Shown here piece after piece: positions 1 through 13,100 of a DNA stretch of 64,000 nt (position 1 is the first letter of the stretch; each line of letters starts with the position of its first letter). Location: contig CAUYUJ010000030.1 in the NCBI GenBank assembly GCA_963575745.1, forward strand, positions 1 through 64,000, read 5' to 3'. The translations under genes and the position numbers were made by a program. The stretch is from Prorocentrum cordatum. Its lineage: Eukaryota. The notes beneath the pieces were generated by a model. The model ran no database searches, was not told the origin of the DNA, and was given only the letters and a program-made list of their open reading frames with translations.

Positions 1-350
1 TGTCGCCTTCTTCTTCCTCCTCTCCTCCTCCTCCTCCCTCTTGCCCCTCCTCCTCCTCCCCCTCCTCCCCCACTCCCTCTCCTCCTCCTCCGCCTTCCTC
101 CATCCTTCCCTCCTCCTCCTCACCCTTCCTCCCCCCCTCTCACCTCTCCTCCCTCTCCTTCCTCCTCCTCCTCCTCGTCCCTCCTCTCTCCGGCTCCTCC
201 TCCTCCTCCTCCACCTCCTCCTCTCCGCCATCCTCCTCCTCCCTGTCCTCCTATTCCTCCTCCTCCTCCTCCCTCCCCTCCTCTCCTCCTCCTCCGTCTC
301 CTCCCTCCTCTTCCTCCTCATTCTCCTCCTCCTCCTCCTCCTCCTCCTCT
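1..350. repeat. Degenerate (CCT)n pyrimidine-rich microsatellite
   Basis: Run of cctcct units with substitutions. Confidence 0.95.
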
Positions 351-404
351 CTGTGTGGCCTGCCTCTTCTCCGCTTCTTCTTTCTCCCTCACGTGTTCCC
401 CGAA

Positions 405-535
405 AAGGTTTCCACAACGGCTGGAGGAACCCATGGTCGGATAGCTTGGCAAAGATCTGACCACAACGTGCGGCCACTTGGGCGATTCCAAAAGGCAGGG
501 GACGGCGGTGATTCGCCGTAGGCGTCTTCGATCAT
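405..535 (+). repeat. Dispersed copy of the terminal module of the CCAAGA composite repeat
   Basis: gatagcttggc...ttccaaaaggcagggg..ggcggtgattcgccgtaggcgtcttcgatc recurs at ~61934-62025 and ~63407-63500. Confidence 0.85.
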
Positions 536-747
536 GCAGCAATCACCCTGCATCCGTCAACTCGAACAGACAATGCCGTGCGGGCCAAACGCGCGCTTCC
601 CCGCGCGCGCATGCTGAGACCATTGCAAAACTCATTGGTTGCCAAATACTTGTAAGAGATAGAGGTGATCAGTGTGAGCCGTGTTCCCCCTAACAAATAT
701 GGCATGCATGCGCTGCGTGTGCGCCTCCTCGTTCTCCTCGTACGCGC

Positions 748-777
748 CATCATCATCGCCATCTCCATCACCATCAC

Positions 778-813
<36 letters not shown>

Positions 814-831
814 TATCATCATCAGCATCAG

Positions 832-893
<62 letters not shown>

Positions 894-1002
894 GCATCGT
901 CATCATCATCAGCAGCATCATCACCATCGTCGTCATCAGCATCATCATCATCATCAGCAGCACGATCATCAACATCATCATCAGCAGCATCAGCATCATC
1001 AA

Positions 1003-1046
<44 letters not shown>

Positions 1047-1113
1047 GCATCGTCAACATCATCATCATCAGCATCATCATCAACCTCATCCGTATCATCG
1101 TCAGCATCAGCAC

Positions 1114-1204
<91 letters not shown>

Positions 1205-1824
1205 TTCATCAACACCATCACCATCATCAGCATAATCAGCATCATCATCGTCAGCATCATAATAAGCATCGTCATCACCATCACATGAATCATAAGTATC
1301 AAGATCATCCTCATCCTCCTCCTCCTCCTCGTCATCATCATCATCAGCAGCATCAGAACCATCATCGTCATCAGACTCGTCATCATCGTCGTCATCATAA
1401 TCACCGTCACCATCGGCGTCATCATCTTCATCATCCTCATAATCACCATCGCCATCACCACCATCATTATCATCAACATCATCATCAGCAGCATCAGCAT
1501 CGCCACCTCCACCACCGCTATCATCATTATCATCAGTATTATCATCATCATCACCGTCATCATCATCATCATCATCATCATTATCATCATCATCATCATC
1601 ATCATTATCATAATTAGCATCATCATCATCAGCAACCGCATCATCAGCAGCAGCATCATCATCGTCATCGCCATCGCCATCGTCAGCATCATCATCATCA
1701 GATTCACCATCCTCAGCATCATCGCCATCACGATCAGCATCAGCATCATCGCCACCACCATCAGCGGCAGCATCATCAGCATTATCATCGCCAGGATAAT
1801 CCTCATCATCACCAGCATCACAAC

Positions 1825-1890
<66 letters not shown>

Positions 1891-1922
1891 GGTAAGCGTC
1901 ATCATTCCCGCCACCATTATCA
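748..1922. repeat. ~1.2-kb degenerate (CAT)n microsatellite
   Basis: Continuous CAT/CAG/CGT/CAC triplets; the poly-M/I/S/H ORFs are by-products. Confidence 0.97.
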
Positions 1923-2202
1923 CTATCGCATCGTTGCCGTCGACAATGTCGTCGCCACTGGCATCATCCGCCCACGCGAGTCATGCATCTGCATGTGAAG
2001 GGTCTTCGCGTCACTACGTTAGTAACTTGCTGCCAACAAGGTGCGGCTGAGTGATGGGGGAATCTGCCCGAGCATTGAAGTTGACGACGTCACCATCTTC
2101 CCAATGAATCGCACCACATAGAGTGCACATCGAGAGGGAGAGAACACGCTCTCTGGGGCCCACGTTGGCAAGCATGTTTAGGGGAACCAAAAATAATTGC
2201 AT

Positions 2203-2360
2203 AAACATAAACTGTTGGAGGTCCGCGCGGATTTCTCGGATCCGCGTGCGCGCGGATTTCTTTGGACCCCCCCCCTCCCTGGCGCGCGGAGCGCGGAGGC
2301 GCCAGGGAGCTCTGGCGCCGATCCGAGAAATCCGCGCGGACCCCCCGGAAGTTTATGTTT
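2203..2360. mobile_element. MITE family B copy (foldback ends)
   Basis: aaacataaac..ggaggtccgcgcggatttctcggatc is inverted to gatccgagaaatccgcgcggacc..gtttatgttt; the core ggaccccccctccctggcgcgcggagcgcg is shared with 47746-47980 and, more diverged, 18794-19000. Confidence 0.8.
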
Positions 2361-2842
2361 CTGCCAGTGCTAGTTCCCCGAATGTTGAGGCTGTCTCTTG
2401 CTCGCCTGCAAGATGACGTCTTCCCGCCCTCCTCACTCTCGGGGGTTGCTACAGGTGTTCCTGGCCCAAAATGCACCAGCAAGTCGCTCCATTTTGGAAC
2501 CCATTGGGCCCTCCGGGCCTCGTGAGGGCTGCTCCGGAAGCCGTGGGAGCCTCCTTTGAAATTCTGGGGGCACCTCCTCCTCCGTCTCCTCCTCCTCCTC
2601 CTCCTTTTCCTCCTCCTCCTCCTCCTCCTCCTGCGCGCAGGCTGAGCAAGGATGGATGGGGGGGAGGAGGAGGCACAGCGTCGTGCCGCGAGTTCTCCAT
2701 CTCTCTACGCTGCCTCCTGCGCCGCCCTATTCAGATCTACGGCTCGTCGAGCGGCTTTCGCAATCGAAAGGGCGACACGCGAGGCCAGGTGGGGGGGCAT
2801 CAGGGGCTCTGCACGCGTGCATCATGCGGTGCATCTGAAACG

Positions 2843-5800
2843 TCAAAGCCACATTCCTCGTGCGCGCTGGGGAAGGGACACAAGAGAGAGAGCGACGAGA
2901 GGGGGCGGCGGCAGAGGGCCTGAGGACATCCTCTCTACAAGGCCGCGGAAGTGAGGGCACACGAAATAGTGCTTGAGATTGCATCTCGCATCGCAGCCCA
3001 AGACACACCTGCGGTCGGGGTTCTGGAGACGAGCGTCCGTGACCCATCCGCCTAGCCAGATCTTGACGCATGCAATCCTCCGGGCAGGAGGGACCACAGC
3101 GTGGCACGCACGCACCAAGTCCCAGTCTATGTTGGCGACATCTCTAGGGGCTACTGGGAACCAGGTGGGGAGCCTCCTGCAAATCAGCTCGGACACAGAG
3201 GCTCTAAAAACCTCACCCTGTACTCGGATACGTATAACTCTGCTCTGGATTTGACTGAAAAGATCGTCCCGCCCGACCTCCCCACCCTCCCCCTCTATTT
3301 CCGCTCGGACGCGCGGCCGAGCTCCTGCGGCCAGGCGCGCGTCGAGGGAGGTGACCGCGCAGCTGATCCCCTCACTCACGTCTCGAATCATGTGGGCGGC
3401 CGACGGCGCTTGCCATAAGACGGGCCAGGGGGTCGCCACGGCCCTGGCCATGGCGGCGTCGCCATCGCCACCTCGTCAAGCCTGCTCGCGACGCCGCGCC
3501 ACGTGGAGACCGCGGCCGCGCCCGCTCTCATCCGCGAGGCCAGCGCGAACGCCTTCGCGGGGGTGCTCTGCGGCAGGCCGGGCTCAGTCAGGTGGAAGAA
3601 GTCGTTCCGTCGCAGCAGGCTCCCCGACGTCCGCAGGAGCCTGGTGGGGACGAACTGTTCGTCAGCATGCGGAGCTGGAGGCAGCGAGTGCATCTGCGCC
3701 TTGTAGCTCAGCACCGTGATCATCTTTGTCTGGCAGTCGCGCAGCAGCGTCGTTGGATCCAACGGAGCGGCGGCCGCAGCAGTGGCGCGCTGGCGCCACT
3801 TGGTGAGCGGGGCCCTCCACTGCTGCTCCAGCGTCACCGATGGCCCCAGCAGGCAGCCTAGCATCTCTAGCTGCGGCGCGACCGAGAAGCGTGCCCAACC
3901 AGGGCAAACCGACTCCAGCAGCTGCTGCACCTGCTGGGTGTCGTCGTGGGAGAAAAGGCCCTCCAGCGGTACACAGACGCACTTCGGCATCTCGAGAGCG
4001 AGTCCTGCCAGTCGTTCGCATGCACGGAATAGGCGCCCCAGGCATCGCACTCCTTCAAGGTTGACCGTCAACGCTCCGATATCGTCAGCACGCCAGCGAG
4101 CCAGGCCTCGGCGCCGAGACTCGAGCTGGTCCTCGTGAGCAGCGGTGAACGGGGAGACAGCAAGTGCGAACACCGTGCCAGAGAGGGGGTCTCCTTGGAG
4201 TACGCCTGACACGACGGCGAACATGACCGCCCGCGCATGGGATCATGATGAGCTCGAGCGCGCCACTCGGGGGACCCCAGTGCTGGGGCACCCGCCCGAT
4301 CCAGTCGCGGCGTACGCTCGGGAACGCCTGCGCAAAGTCAAAGCGGAAGAGGAAGGGGTGATTCCACGCAGACACAGCCGAGTCCGGTCTCTTGAGCGCC
4401 TCCATCGAGCGCCTGGAAGCGATGCGGGCGAGGCCGTCCATGTCGGTCACGTTCTCGATGAAATTGCGGTGCTGCACGAAACCTCTCTGGCCGGAGGGGG
4501 CCACCTTGGCGGCCGCCACGCTCAGGCACCTGTTGGCAGCACTCGCGATGGCCTTAGCGCCCGTGTTCTTCAGCATCAGAGGCCTCGTGTCCGTCGGGTC
4601 CCGGACCACCTCAGCGCCCTCCGAGTCAAGAACCTTCTTCGGAGGGTACACGCATGCACCATCACTGAAGCCGTCAGGCATGAGACTTCCACTCGTTATC
4701 CATTCCCTGCCTGCCGTGAGGACGTCAATGCCATATCGGTGGGCCCGCCACGCAGTGGCGGGAAGACCGTCAGGACCAGGCATGGCGGGCTTGGCTCTCG
4801 CCAGGGCCATCTCGATGTGCTTCGACGACGGCGATGGGGATCGTGTCCCAGTCAGGCTTGGGAGCACCGTACTTGGCCAGGAAGGTTTGCGACTGGCTCG
4901 AGCGCTGCCCTCGCTCGGCAGGCGCCTGGCGCGGCGGGCAGAAGACCCTGCCCCAGTGGGCCGCCAGCCCAGCATGCAGCTGCTCCGCCGTCTGCGTCTT
5001 GACCCCGTCGACGAGGAGGGCGCCAAGGTAGCGGCGGGACGGCGGCGCCCACAGGGCCGAGCGTCGCTGGAGTGCCCGCAGCTGTCCTCGTAGTCGCCAG
5101 TCAGGTGAAGCACCCAGCCCACGTCGTAGCTCAGCGCTCGACGCGCTGGCTTCCTTCCTCTGGGCGAGAGCGCGGCGGCGCATGAACGCGGGGGCGTTCG
5201 TGAGCCGCGCGCCCGCAACCTCGTCAATCTCCGTCATCTCGTTCAGCCATGCGTGTCTCTCCAGCAGCAGCGTGCCCACCTCGCGATCACGACGGGCCAG
5301 GGCGCGGGCAGCCTGCCTGCACAGCATGGCGACCGAGCTCTTGGACCAGGAGACATGACGCAGTAGCAAGTCACGCACCTCGCGGGGAGCAGCTTGCATG
5401 ATGCGAGAGCACGCGCGGCATCGGATGTCTGCCGACGTCTCCTCCAGCTGACACGCCTGAATGCACAGCTCGATCCTCCACCTGCAACTCTCATGCTGGA
5501 TGATGTGGGCCGCGATCGGGGCGGGCTTAGCGCGGGGGCGCGCCGCCGTGGGACGTGCGCGCCAGGTGGCCAGGGGCGGCGCGTGGTCACTGATGTTCTG
5601 TTTGTGGAGTACCTCAGGCTCGCCATGCACCTCCGCCACCTGCGCCGACTGACCAAGAAGCCAGGGCGGCCATCCCAAGACATTCTCGTCAATCCTGGAG
5701 GCGCGCCGGCGAGCAGGGCGCCAGTAGGTGACCCTCGGTCTCGGCGGCGCCGCGGAGGCTCTGGGCCCATCGCCTCTCCCGGGGCTGCGCGGCGCGAGCG

Positions 5801-6345
5801 ACGGTGCGCTCAGGGAACTCGAAGTTCTGGTGCTCCAGGTGGTCGCCGAAGTTGAAATCGCCTGAGATCACAACAACGCGTTCATCAGGTCTGTGGGCGG
5901 CCCATAAGAGATCACCCTGAATGCTGCCTTGCACTTGTCTTGCGACCGCTGCAGGGATATCAACGCAGCGAACATTCCAATGCACAAAAACTTCCCGGCC
6001 ACGCTGCTCCTGCACATCCTCGTAGTTGGCCGCGGCAACCCGCAGGATCCTACCTGGGACATTCTCTTCGTCTTGCCATAGAACTTCGCCAGGTCCCTGA
6101 AAACAGGGAAAGAGCGTGGCCACTCCACCCGAGCCTTCGCGTTCACCTGGAGCGAACGAAATAAAAACTTGCGCCCGTACTCCCGCTTTCTTGAGGAGGT
6201 CTCGTAGAAGAATTCAGCACTGCGCGCTTCCTGAAGACCCAGTACCACGGCATCTTGCCAAAACTTGCGGAGGAACGTCGCCCGCCTCATAGCCGCGCGT
6301 GCTTTGTGATGACAATGCGCGCGACAGTTCCAGGTGCCCATCTTC
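2843..6345 (-). pseudogene. LINE ORF2 (APE-RT), broken over at least 6 ORFs
   Basis: Colinear APE and RT motifs across ORFs 5868-7283 (end), 5689-6123, 4770-5678, 4085-5227, 3388-4224 and 2843-3451. Confidence 0.9.
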
Positions 6346-7985
6346 AAGGCTCCTGCGCGCCCCCATACTCGAGCAAAGGTGCTAAAGTACCCACTCTTGA
6401 GCTTCTGGCTCCACAAGCGGCTGCGCAGCGTCGTTGAGCCTCGCGCGTTTGAGCCCCATGTGGTCCAGCGCCCTCGCGTTCCACTGCGCCGCCGGTGTAG
6501 CACCTGGGGAGGGAACAGACACCTTGAGGAACTGACGCCAGCTGAGCGAGAGCGCGGCTTCGGAGTGGCGCGGGGCGATGGGGTTGACGAAGATCCGCTA
6601 GCCGACGACAGGTTCCACCATTTTGCGCATCTTCTTCGCCGTGATCTCCAGCGCGACCTGCCGTCCGTTCTTGTCCACTGAGAGGTAGATCTGGGTGGGC
6701 CCACCCGTGGGGAGCTTCGCCGAGAGTCCCCATCCAAGACACAGGTCCCTGCCCTGGCCAATCCGCATGCATCCCAGCAGTTTGCGTGCCCCCTGCTCCG
6801 CGAGGCTCGCATTGCCCTCCATGCGCATGATGAACTTGGTGCCCATCTCCTCCCCCTCGAACTTGTACTTGCCTGCGAGCTCCGCGAGCGTGACCACCTC
6901 TCGCAGCGCTCCATCCAGTGCGCTGATGTGGATCGGGACCTTGGACGTGACGACGACCACAGCTCTGTCGATGTCGCGCGACCATGCTGGCCCAGGCGAG
7001 GGGGGCAGGGGTCGTGCCTCCTCCATGATGCCAATGATGCGACACATGCGCTGCATCTCCGCCTCCAGCCTCGCCGTGGTGTCGGCGACCTCCTTGTGTG
7101 CACGAACCATATTTGCTCGATGCTCTTCGACATCTGCTCGTAGCTGGCTGCGACGTTGTTCCTGCGCTCGCACACAGGACTTGACCTCCTCGACCTGAGC
7201 CGCCAGTGCGGACTGAACTTGGCCCATGCCGTTGGACAGGATGGATCCCAGCGCGGCGCCCTGCCTGTCCAGCGCCGATCCACGAGCGCCGTGGCCGAGG
7301 GCTGGGGCCACTGTCAGGCGGGCTGGGCATCTCCTCCTCCACGGGTGGCTGGAAGTGTCGGAGTTATTCATCTGCGAGGCGTCGCGAAGCTGTGATGCAG
7401 CATCGGCCCAGGAGTCATGATGTCCAGCAGCGCGCCCGAGATGGTCTCCTTCCCTCCTCGGACCCATGGGTGGAACAGCAGCAGCAGCAGCAGCAGCCTC
7501 CTGCGTCGGGAAGGTCGGTGCATCTTCGATCTCTCTTGCGATTTGGCTCGGTGCGATGCCTCGAACTCCCGCTGCCTCCAGGGCCCTCTGCCAGTCTGAC
7601 GCCGGGCGCGCACGGAGTCGACCTTCATCTCGAGGCCGCGCTGCGCGGCGGGGGGCTGAGGCCGCGGCCGCGGCATCACCAGCAGCAGCATCGCGATGCT
7701 CACGGCGGCGACGACCGCGGCGCCCACCACTGCCCCCGCTGCGGCTTGCAGATCGAGCAGACGCGACAGGCGTGGTGCTCGCAGAACGTGCCGACTGCTC
7801 CGCGCTCTCCTCCTCCATTGCGGCTGCACTGGGTCTCTGAGCGCTCGGGGCGGCAAGAACAGGAAATGCCTCTGTTTACCCACCGCCCCGAGCGCAAGGA
7901 ACGTGAGAAGAAGGCCCTGCCAGACTTCAAGTAGTCTTGTCTGCCGCGGCCTAGCGGTATCCGCTCTCTCCCCTGGGGAAGACAT
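6344..7985 (-). pseudogene. LINE ORF1 (low-complexity N-terminus, coiled coil), frameshifted
   Basis: ATG 3 nt after the SL (7985); overlapping ORFs 7368-7985 and 6598-7818 with a heptad-like segment (QVQSALAAQVEEVK...LEAEMQRM) lie upstream of the endonuclease. Confidence 0.65.
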
Positions 7986-7988
7986 GAC

Positions 7989-8009
7989 CTTGAGCCAAAA
8001 TGGCTACGG
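7989..8009 (-). other. Perfect dinoflagellate spliced-leader sequence (21 nt)
   Basis: The + strand cttgagccaaaatggctacgg is the reverse complement of CCGTAGCCATTTTGGCTCAAG. Confidence 0.97.
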
Positions 8010-8027
8010 GGGGGAGGAGGAGGAGGA

Positions 8028-8058
<31 letters not shown>

Positions 8059-8397
8059 GAGGAGGAGGTGGAGGGGGAGGAGGTGGGGGTGGAGGGAGAG
8101 GAGGAGGAGGAGGAGGAGGAGGAGGAGGAGGAAGAGGAGGAGGAGGAGGAGGAGGAGGAGGAGGAGGAGGAGGAGGGAGGAGGAGAGGGAGGTGGAGGAG
8201 GAGGAGGGGAGGAGGAGGAGGAGGGGGAGGAGGAGGAGGAGGAGGAGGAGGGGGAGGAGGAGGAGGAGGAGGAGGAGGGGGAGGGGGAGGGGGAGGAGGA
8301 GGAGGAGGAGGAGGAGGGGAGGAGGAGGAGGAGGGAGGAGGAGGAGGAGGAGGAGGAGGAGGAGGAGGAGGAGGAGGAGGAGGAGGAGGGGGAGGAG
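8010..8397. repeat. (GGA)n/(CCT)n microsatellite
   Basis: Near-pure gag repeats. Confidence 0.97.
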
Positions 8398-8574
8398 GCA
8401 CTTCTGGCAACACCCTCCGCACCGCACCCGGCCCGCGCCTTCCGGCTCCGCGCAGCGGCTCCGCGGCCTGGCGGCGGCACTCGGAGAGGGAGAGGGGGCC
8501 TCTCGGACCCCGCCCCGCCGGAGTGGGCTGCTTCACCGATCCCAGGCGGCGGCTGCTGTAGGAGGAGGGAACGA

Positions 8575-8860
8575 GGGGAGGAGGGGAGGAGGGGAGAAGG
8601 GAGGGAGGAGAGGCTAGGAGAGGAGAGGAGAGGAGAAGAGAGGAGAGAGGAGAGGAGAGAGGAGAGAGGAGAGGAGAGGAGAGGAGAGAGAGAGAGAGAA
8701 GAGAGGAGAGGAGAGGAGAGGAGAGGAGAGGAGAGGAGAGGAGGAGAGGAGAGGAGAGGAGAGGAGAGGAGAGGAGAGGAGAGGAGAGGAGAGGAGAGGA
8801 GAGGAGAGGAGAGGGGAGGGGAGGGGAGAGGAGAGGAGAGGAGAGGGAGGGAGAAAGGAG
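8575..8860. repeat. (GAGAG)n pentamer microsatellite
   Basis: gaggagaggagag repeats. Confidence 0.93.
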
Positions 8861-10104
8861 TCGAGGCCAGCTTCTTGCCCGTCGTGTCCTGCTGTTCCCC
8901 AATGCAACTTGCACCTGCTTCCCTGCGCAGGGCCAGCGAGCGTCTTACCGACCCGACCGAGCTGTGAGGCAGGAGCAGGCAAGAGAAGGAGAGCGCGGAA
9001 CGCCAGTGCGGCTGGGGCCGGGCCGCCAGACCTACTGTCGGTGGCCCGACCAGGCCAGCTGATGCGCTCGGCCATTCGATGCCCCGCCTGACTGTCCGCG
9101 CAGGCGTCAAGCACGTTCTGGGGCGGCGCCAGGAGCAGCCAACACCCGTGGCCGCAGCTGGCGCAGGCGCTGGGCGCCGAGAGATCGCGTGCGCGCCGTG
9201 GTCGCAAAATGTCTCTCTCCTCTCGCTGTCTCTCTCACCCCCTCTTCTTCCATCTCCCTCCCCCATTTCCTTCCTGCTCCTTCCTTTCCTCCCCCCTCTC
9301 ACCCCTGCCCTTCCCACGCCGACGGGGGGAGAGGGCTCCTCCATCCCCCTCCCATCCATCTCCGCTCCGCGTCCTCTCCTCCGCCTGGGACCTGTTGGGG
9401 GTGGAGGCGGTCCAGACAAGGCCCGTGTACACTGCACGTTCATGTCGTGACGCCTTCGGCGCTGGCTTCTGACACCGCGTGGATCCTTCAACCTTGAACG
9501 ATCGGCGGCTTTTCGATCGCAAGGCCCTTCCATGTTATCCGATTCGAGGCCGCTGGCGGCGTTTAACCTGGAACGCCCGCGCTGGGATCGCCGTCGCGTC
9601 GACACGACACGAAACGCCGCCACGAACGAATGGTGTGCACCGGCTCCCCCCCGAGGCCACCAAACCCTGCCATCTTCGGCGGTGGACTAACCTCCCTTTA
9701 GTAAACCACCCTTTAGTGATAGGACCGAACCCGACGGACCTGGAGCCGCAAAAATGATGGCCGCGACGCCCTCTCGCGAACCGACAACGGCCAATTCGCT
9801 AATCGACGTGTCAGGGTAGGAGGCCTATCCACCTCCGACCTCTCGCTCGTGGCGGCGTACCCGCGGGGGGGGCTGCGGTCATGCGGCGGGCGCTGAAGCC
9901 CCGCAGCCGACCGCTGCCTGCAACTCGCCTCGGGGCTCCCAGGCGACATCTGCCAACGAAGGGGGGGAAGGGGAGGAGGAGGAGGAGGAGGAGGAGGAGG
10001 AGGAGGAGGAGGAGGAGGAGAGGAGGAGGAGGGGGAGGAGGAGTAGGAGGAGGAGGAGGAGGAGGAGGAGGAGGAGGAGGACGAGGAGGAGGAGAAGGAA
10101 GAGG

Positions 10105-13100
10105 ATTCTCACGCTCACGCCCGTGCGGACGACTTCCACGTGCGCGCGGCGGCCCGCGCGCGCGGGGCGGCCGAGCAGATCGGCCGCCGAGCGCGGGGGG
10201 GCCGTGGCGCCACGCTCAGGAGACTGGGAGCTCATGGCCGCCGAAGGCGGCGCAGCCATACCCAGGCTCAAAGTCCTTGCGAAGTGACAAGGTTTGAGCG
10301 GGCGGCCGCGAGCTGAATGGACAACGCAGCCGGGCCAGCATTCAGGAAGGAAGCGACAAGGAGGTCGCTTGCGTCGGCGAGGTAAGAGACACGGCTTTGA
10401 GCGGCCTTAGGCAATGACGGAAGCACTCCCGAAGCGGCAGCATCGTGAAGGTGGCGTTCCGTCACGCCAGAAGACGCGAATAATGCCGCCCGAAACATCG
10501 CTTCTGAAGCGCAACGCGGGCTCCACAACGAGCCCCGCTGGCACTCGAGCGAGCGGCACGCCCAGCGCCGACAGAAAGGCGACCCACCGAGTACGGAAGC
10601 CGCTCTGACCGAAGGTCAATAGGGGGACCAGTGGTACTCAAATCCCTAAAGACCAGCTCCATCATTCTGACCACTGCTCGATCCGAGCACCGAGCGAACT
10701 GCTTACGGCCAACAGCACGACACAGGGCGGCGACACTCGATGACGGATGCGGTGCCGTCGCCATAAGGTCATCGACGATTTCGTGCGCGTGCAGACTTGC
10801 TCCGCCAGACCCGCAGGTCGTGGGAACAGCAATGGACAGGAGAGCGTCGCCCGTGGACACGAGGAGGTCAATGGGCAAGTAGAGGTCGCTTCGGCATGCG
10901 GTTGCCTACTCACCAGGCCTCACGGACACAGCGAACCCTGCAGCCAGCAGGGCGGCCATAAGCCATAACGGGCCAGTCCCATGCGAGGCACAACGCTACC
11001 ATGGCGCGTAGCAGCACTCGCGGCAGAGGTGGCAGGAGGCAGGGAGGCACGGACGACGCTCACCGCTTTTCCACATCCCACGCCTCGGTGAAGACGCGCC
11101 GCCCGTGAGGGTAGAGGGCCCGCGGCCCTCGGATCGCACGCGCGAACACGGTGCGCGGAAACCCAGCATCGTGCAACCACGCGCCGAAGGTCGCGAGCAC
11201 ACTCCCGAGCACAATGCCGCTGCGAGACCAGGTGGCAGGTGCCACTCCCGCGTGCTCAGCGCACCACAGACCAAACGCCTCGAGCGGTCGAGCGCGCTGG
11301 TCGACGCAGGAGGGGGTGGGAAGAGCGTGGGTCTCCACCCACGCCCCTGGGGTCTCGACCCCCCCGGCGGCGCGCCCCCCTCCCTGCGGGGCCGCGCCGG
11401 CAGCGCCGGAGAGGCTCATGTCAACCGGAAGGGCGGGAAGGGGGTCCTCGGCCGGGGGAGGCTCCTCGGCAGCAGCCGCAGCGCTGGGGTGGCGCTCGGC
11501 TGAGAGTCGAGCGATCGTCCGAAGAGAGTCGGCGGCCCCTCGGAGGGCGGCAGCTCTCGCGCCTGCCGCAGGCCCTGCCCCCTCGGCGTCGATGTCGAGC
11601 TGGTGTAGCATCACGGCGGCGTCTCGCGCCTGTGCAGCGCTGACCTCAGCGATTGCGTTGACGGCATCGTCGCGGCAGAGCGCGCAGCCGCCGAGCTGAT
11701 CGAAGTGGCCGCGGCCCCCACGCTGGCAGCCGAAGCCCCCTCGGGGAGGGCCGGCTCCGGGTAGGCAGGCCAGCCCGGGGCCGCGCCGCGAAGGCGTGCG
11801 CGGGCGGCTCCTGACCAGAAAGTTCGGCCGGGGTGGCAGCAGCCGCTGCGGCGGAGGCCCGGCCACGCCTGCGCTTGCGACGCGAGCTGCGGCCGCGTGG
11901 ACCAGCGCGAGGGGCATCAACGGCATCGAGGGGCTCGCCTGCCACTTCTAGCCGTCCACCGAGCGCCGAAGCCGGGAAGAGCGGCCGCAGCTGGCGACTC
12001 GCCCCGTTCGGGCGGAAGTACCCGTGGGAAGTCTGACGAGCCAGCCACGGCTCCACGGGCGGCTCCGTGCGGAGCGCTAGCCGCCTTCGCTGCTGCGGGT
12101 CGCCCGCGGCGCTTGCGAGGAGGGCCCGCGAGGGCAGGAGGCGCTCCCCCCGAGCGACTGGCCCTCGACGGCACGAGCTCCCCGCTGCGCGGCGGCGGAA
12201 CACCCTCGCTGGAGGCACGCATGCCAATCGAAAGGGCCGTCGGGGGGCCGCCTGCACGGCGGCTGCCGGAGCCGTCGACACGGCTCTGGAGCGCCCCCGC
12301 GGCCTTCTCCCGCAGATGGGCTGGCGGCGGCTGCAGCGGCGGGCGCGGGCCGCGCGGCTGAGGTTCAGCTCGCGCGGAGCCTGGAAGGCCCCGCACGCCT
12401 CGTCCCAGCGCGAGTCGGCGGCTCGAGTGAGATACAAGGCGCCACAGGCGTCCCACTTTCGTAGCAGGGCCCAGAGTTCGGAGCGGTCCACATGGACTCG
12501 CGTCCCCTTCTGGCTCGGAGGCAAGTCTGTCTTCGGAAGCCTCATCACGGCGGGGTTGAGGAAGACTTCACGCACGCGCGCATCAGACAGGTAAGGGGTG
12601 GGATCAAACTCGGGAGAGTAGTCCCATTTGACGCGGGAAGCCCTGACCTTTAAGTCAAAGGGCTCGACTTGAGTGGAGTCCCACGCCGCCGCTGCGGCCT
12701 ACGATCCAGGCACAGGAGGAGCGCTGGACGGGCACTGCCGCATGGGAGCGGGCACGGCAGAGGAGGAAGTGAAGGAGGCCTCCAGAGCTGCGACATGGGT
12801 AGCCAGGCCATGGAGCGAGACCTCGGTCGCGTCGAACTTCGCGAAAGCACGACCCAAGTCGCTCTTGCCGCCACGGGCAAGGCAAACTGCGATCCGACAC
12901 AGCCGCTCGATGCGGGTGCGGATGCCCTCCTGGCAGGGCGAGGCCGTCGACCGCACGCGAGCCTCGGCGGGCGCGAGGCTGGGCTGGCCGAGGGTCAGCC
13001 AGTTTAGCGCAAAAGTGGCATGTTGAGCTAACGTGCGGGCTGCGCGCCGCAGCCGCCACTGATCCCGCGCGCGCCCATCCATAGCAGAAGGAGGCGGCAG

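Larger units (their letters stand above)
2674..8009 (-). mobile_element. Full-length non-LTR retrotransposon (LINE: ORF1 + APE endonuclease + RT + C-terminal Cys/His motif), frameshifted, with DinoSL at its 5' end
   Basis: Endonuclease motifs GTWNC, LGLQE, VISGDFN, ISDHAP (~6340-5580). RT motifs PGPDGLP, RPLMLKN, QRGFV, DFAQAFPSV, SGVLQGDPLS, RADD (~4790-4060). CVLGCDARCNLKHYFVC near 2960-3010. Flanking direct repeat G7AGGAGGAGG at 2658-2673 and 8008-8023. Confidence 0.93.

Noticed and set aside
532..1923. 463-aa poly-Met ORF and the overlapping poly-Ile/Ser/His ORFs
   Set aside because: Translations of a (CAT)n microsatellite with no coding complexity.
7989..8009. SL RNA gene
   Set aside because: The SL is followed by GTC-ATG and LINE ORF1 rather than a recognisable short SL-RNA intron or T-run, and it lies within the LINE's TSD boundary.
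7696..9623. Long poly-Glu/Pro/Ser/Arg ORFs (also at 27200-28200, 40100-41600, 49000-49900, 51650-52400)
   Set aside because: Stop-free simple repeats in GC-rich DNA.
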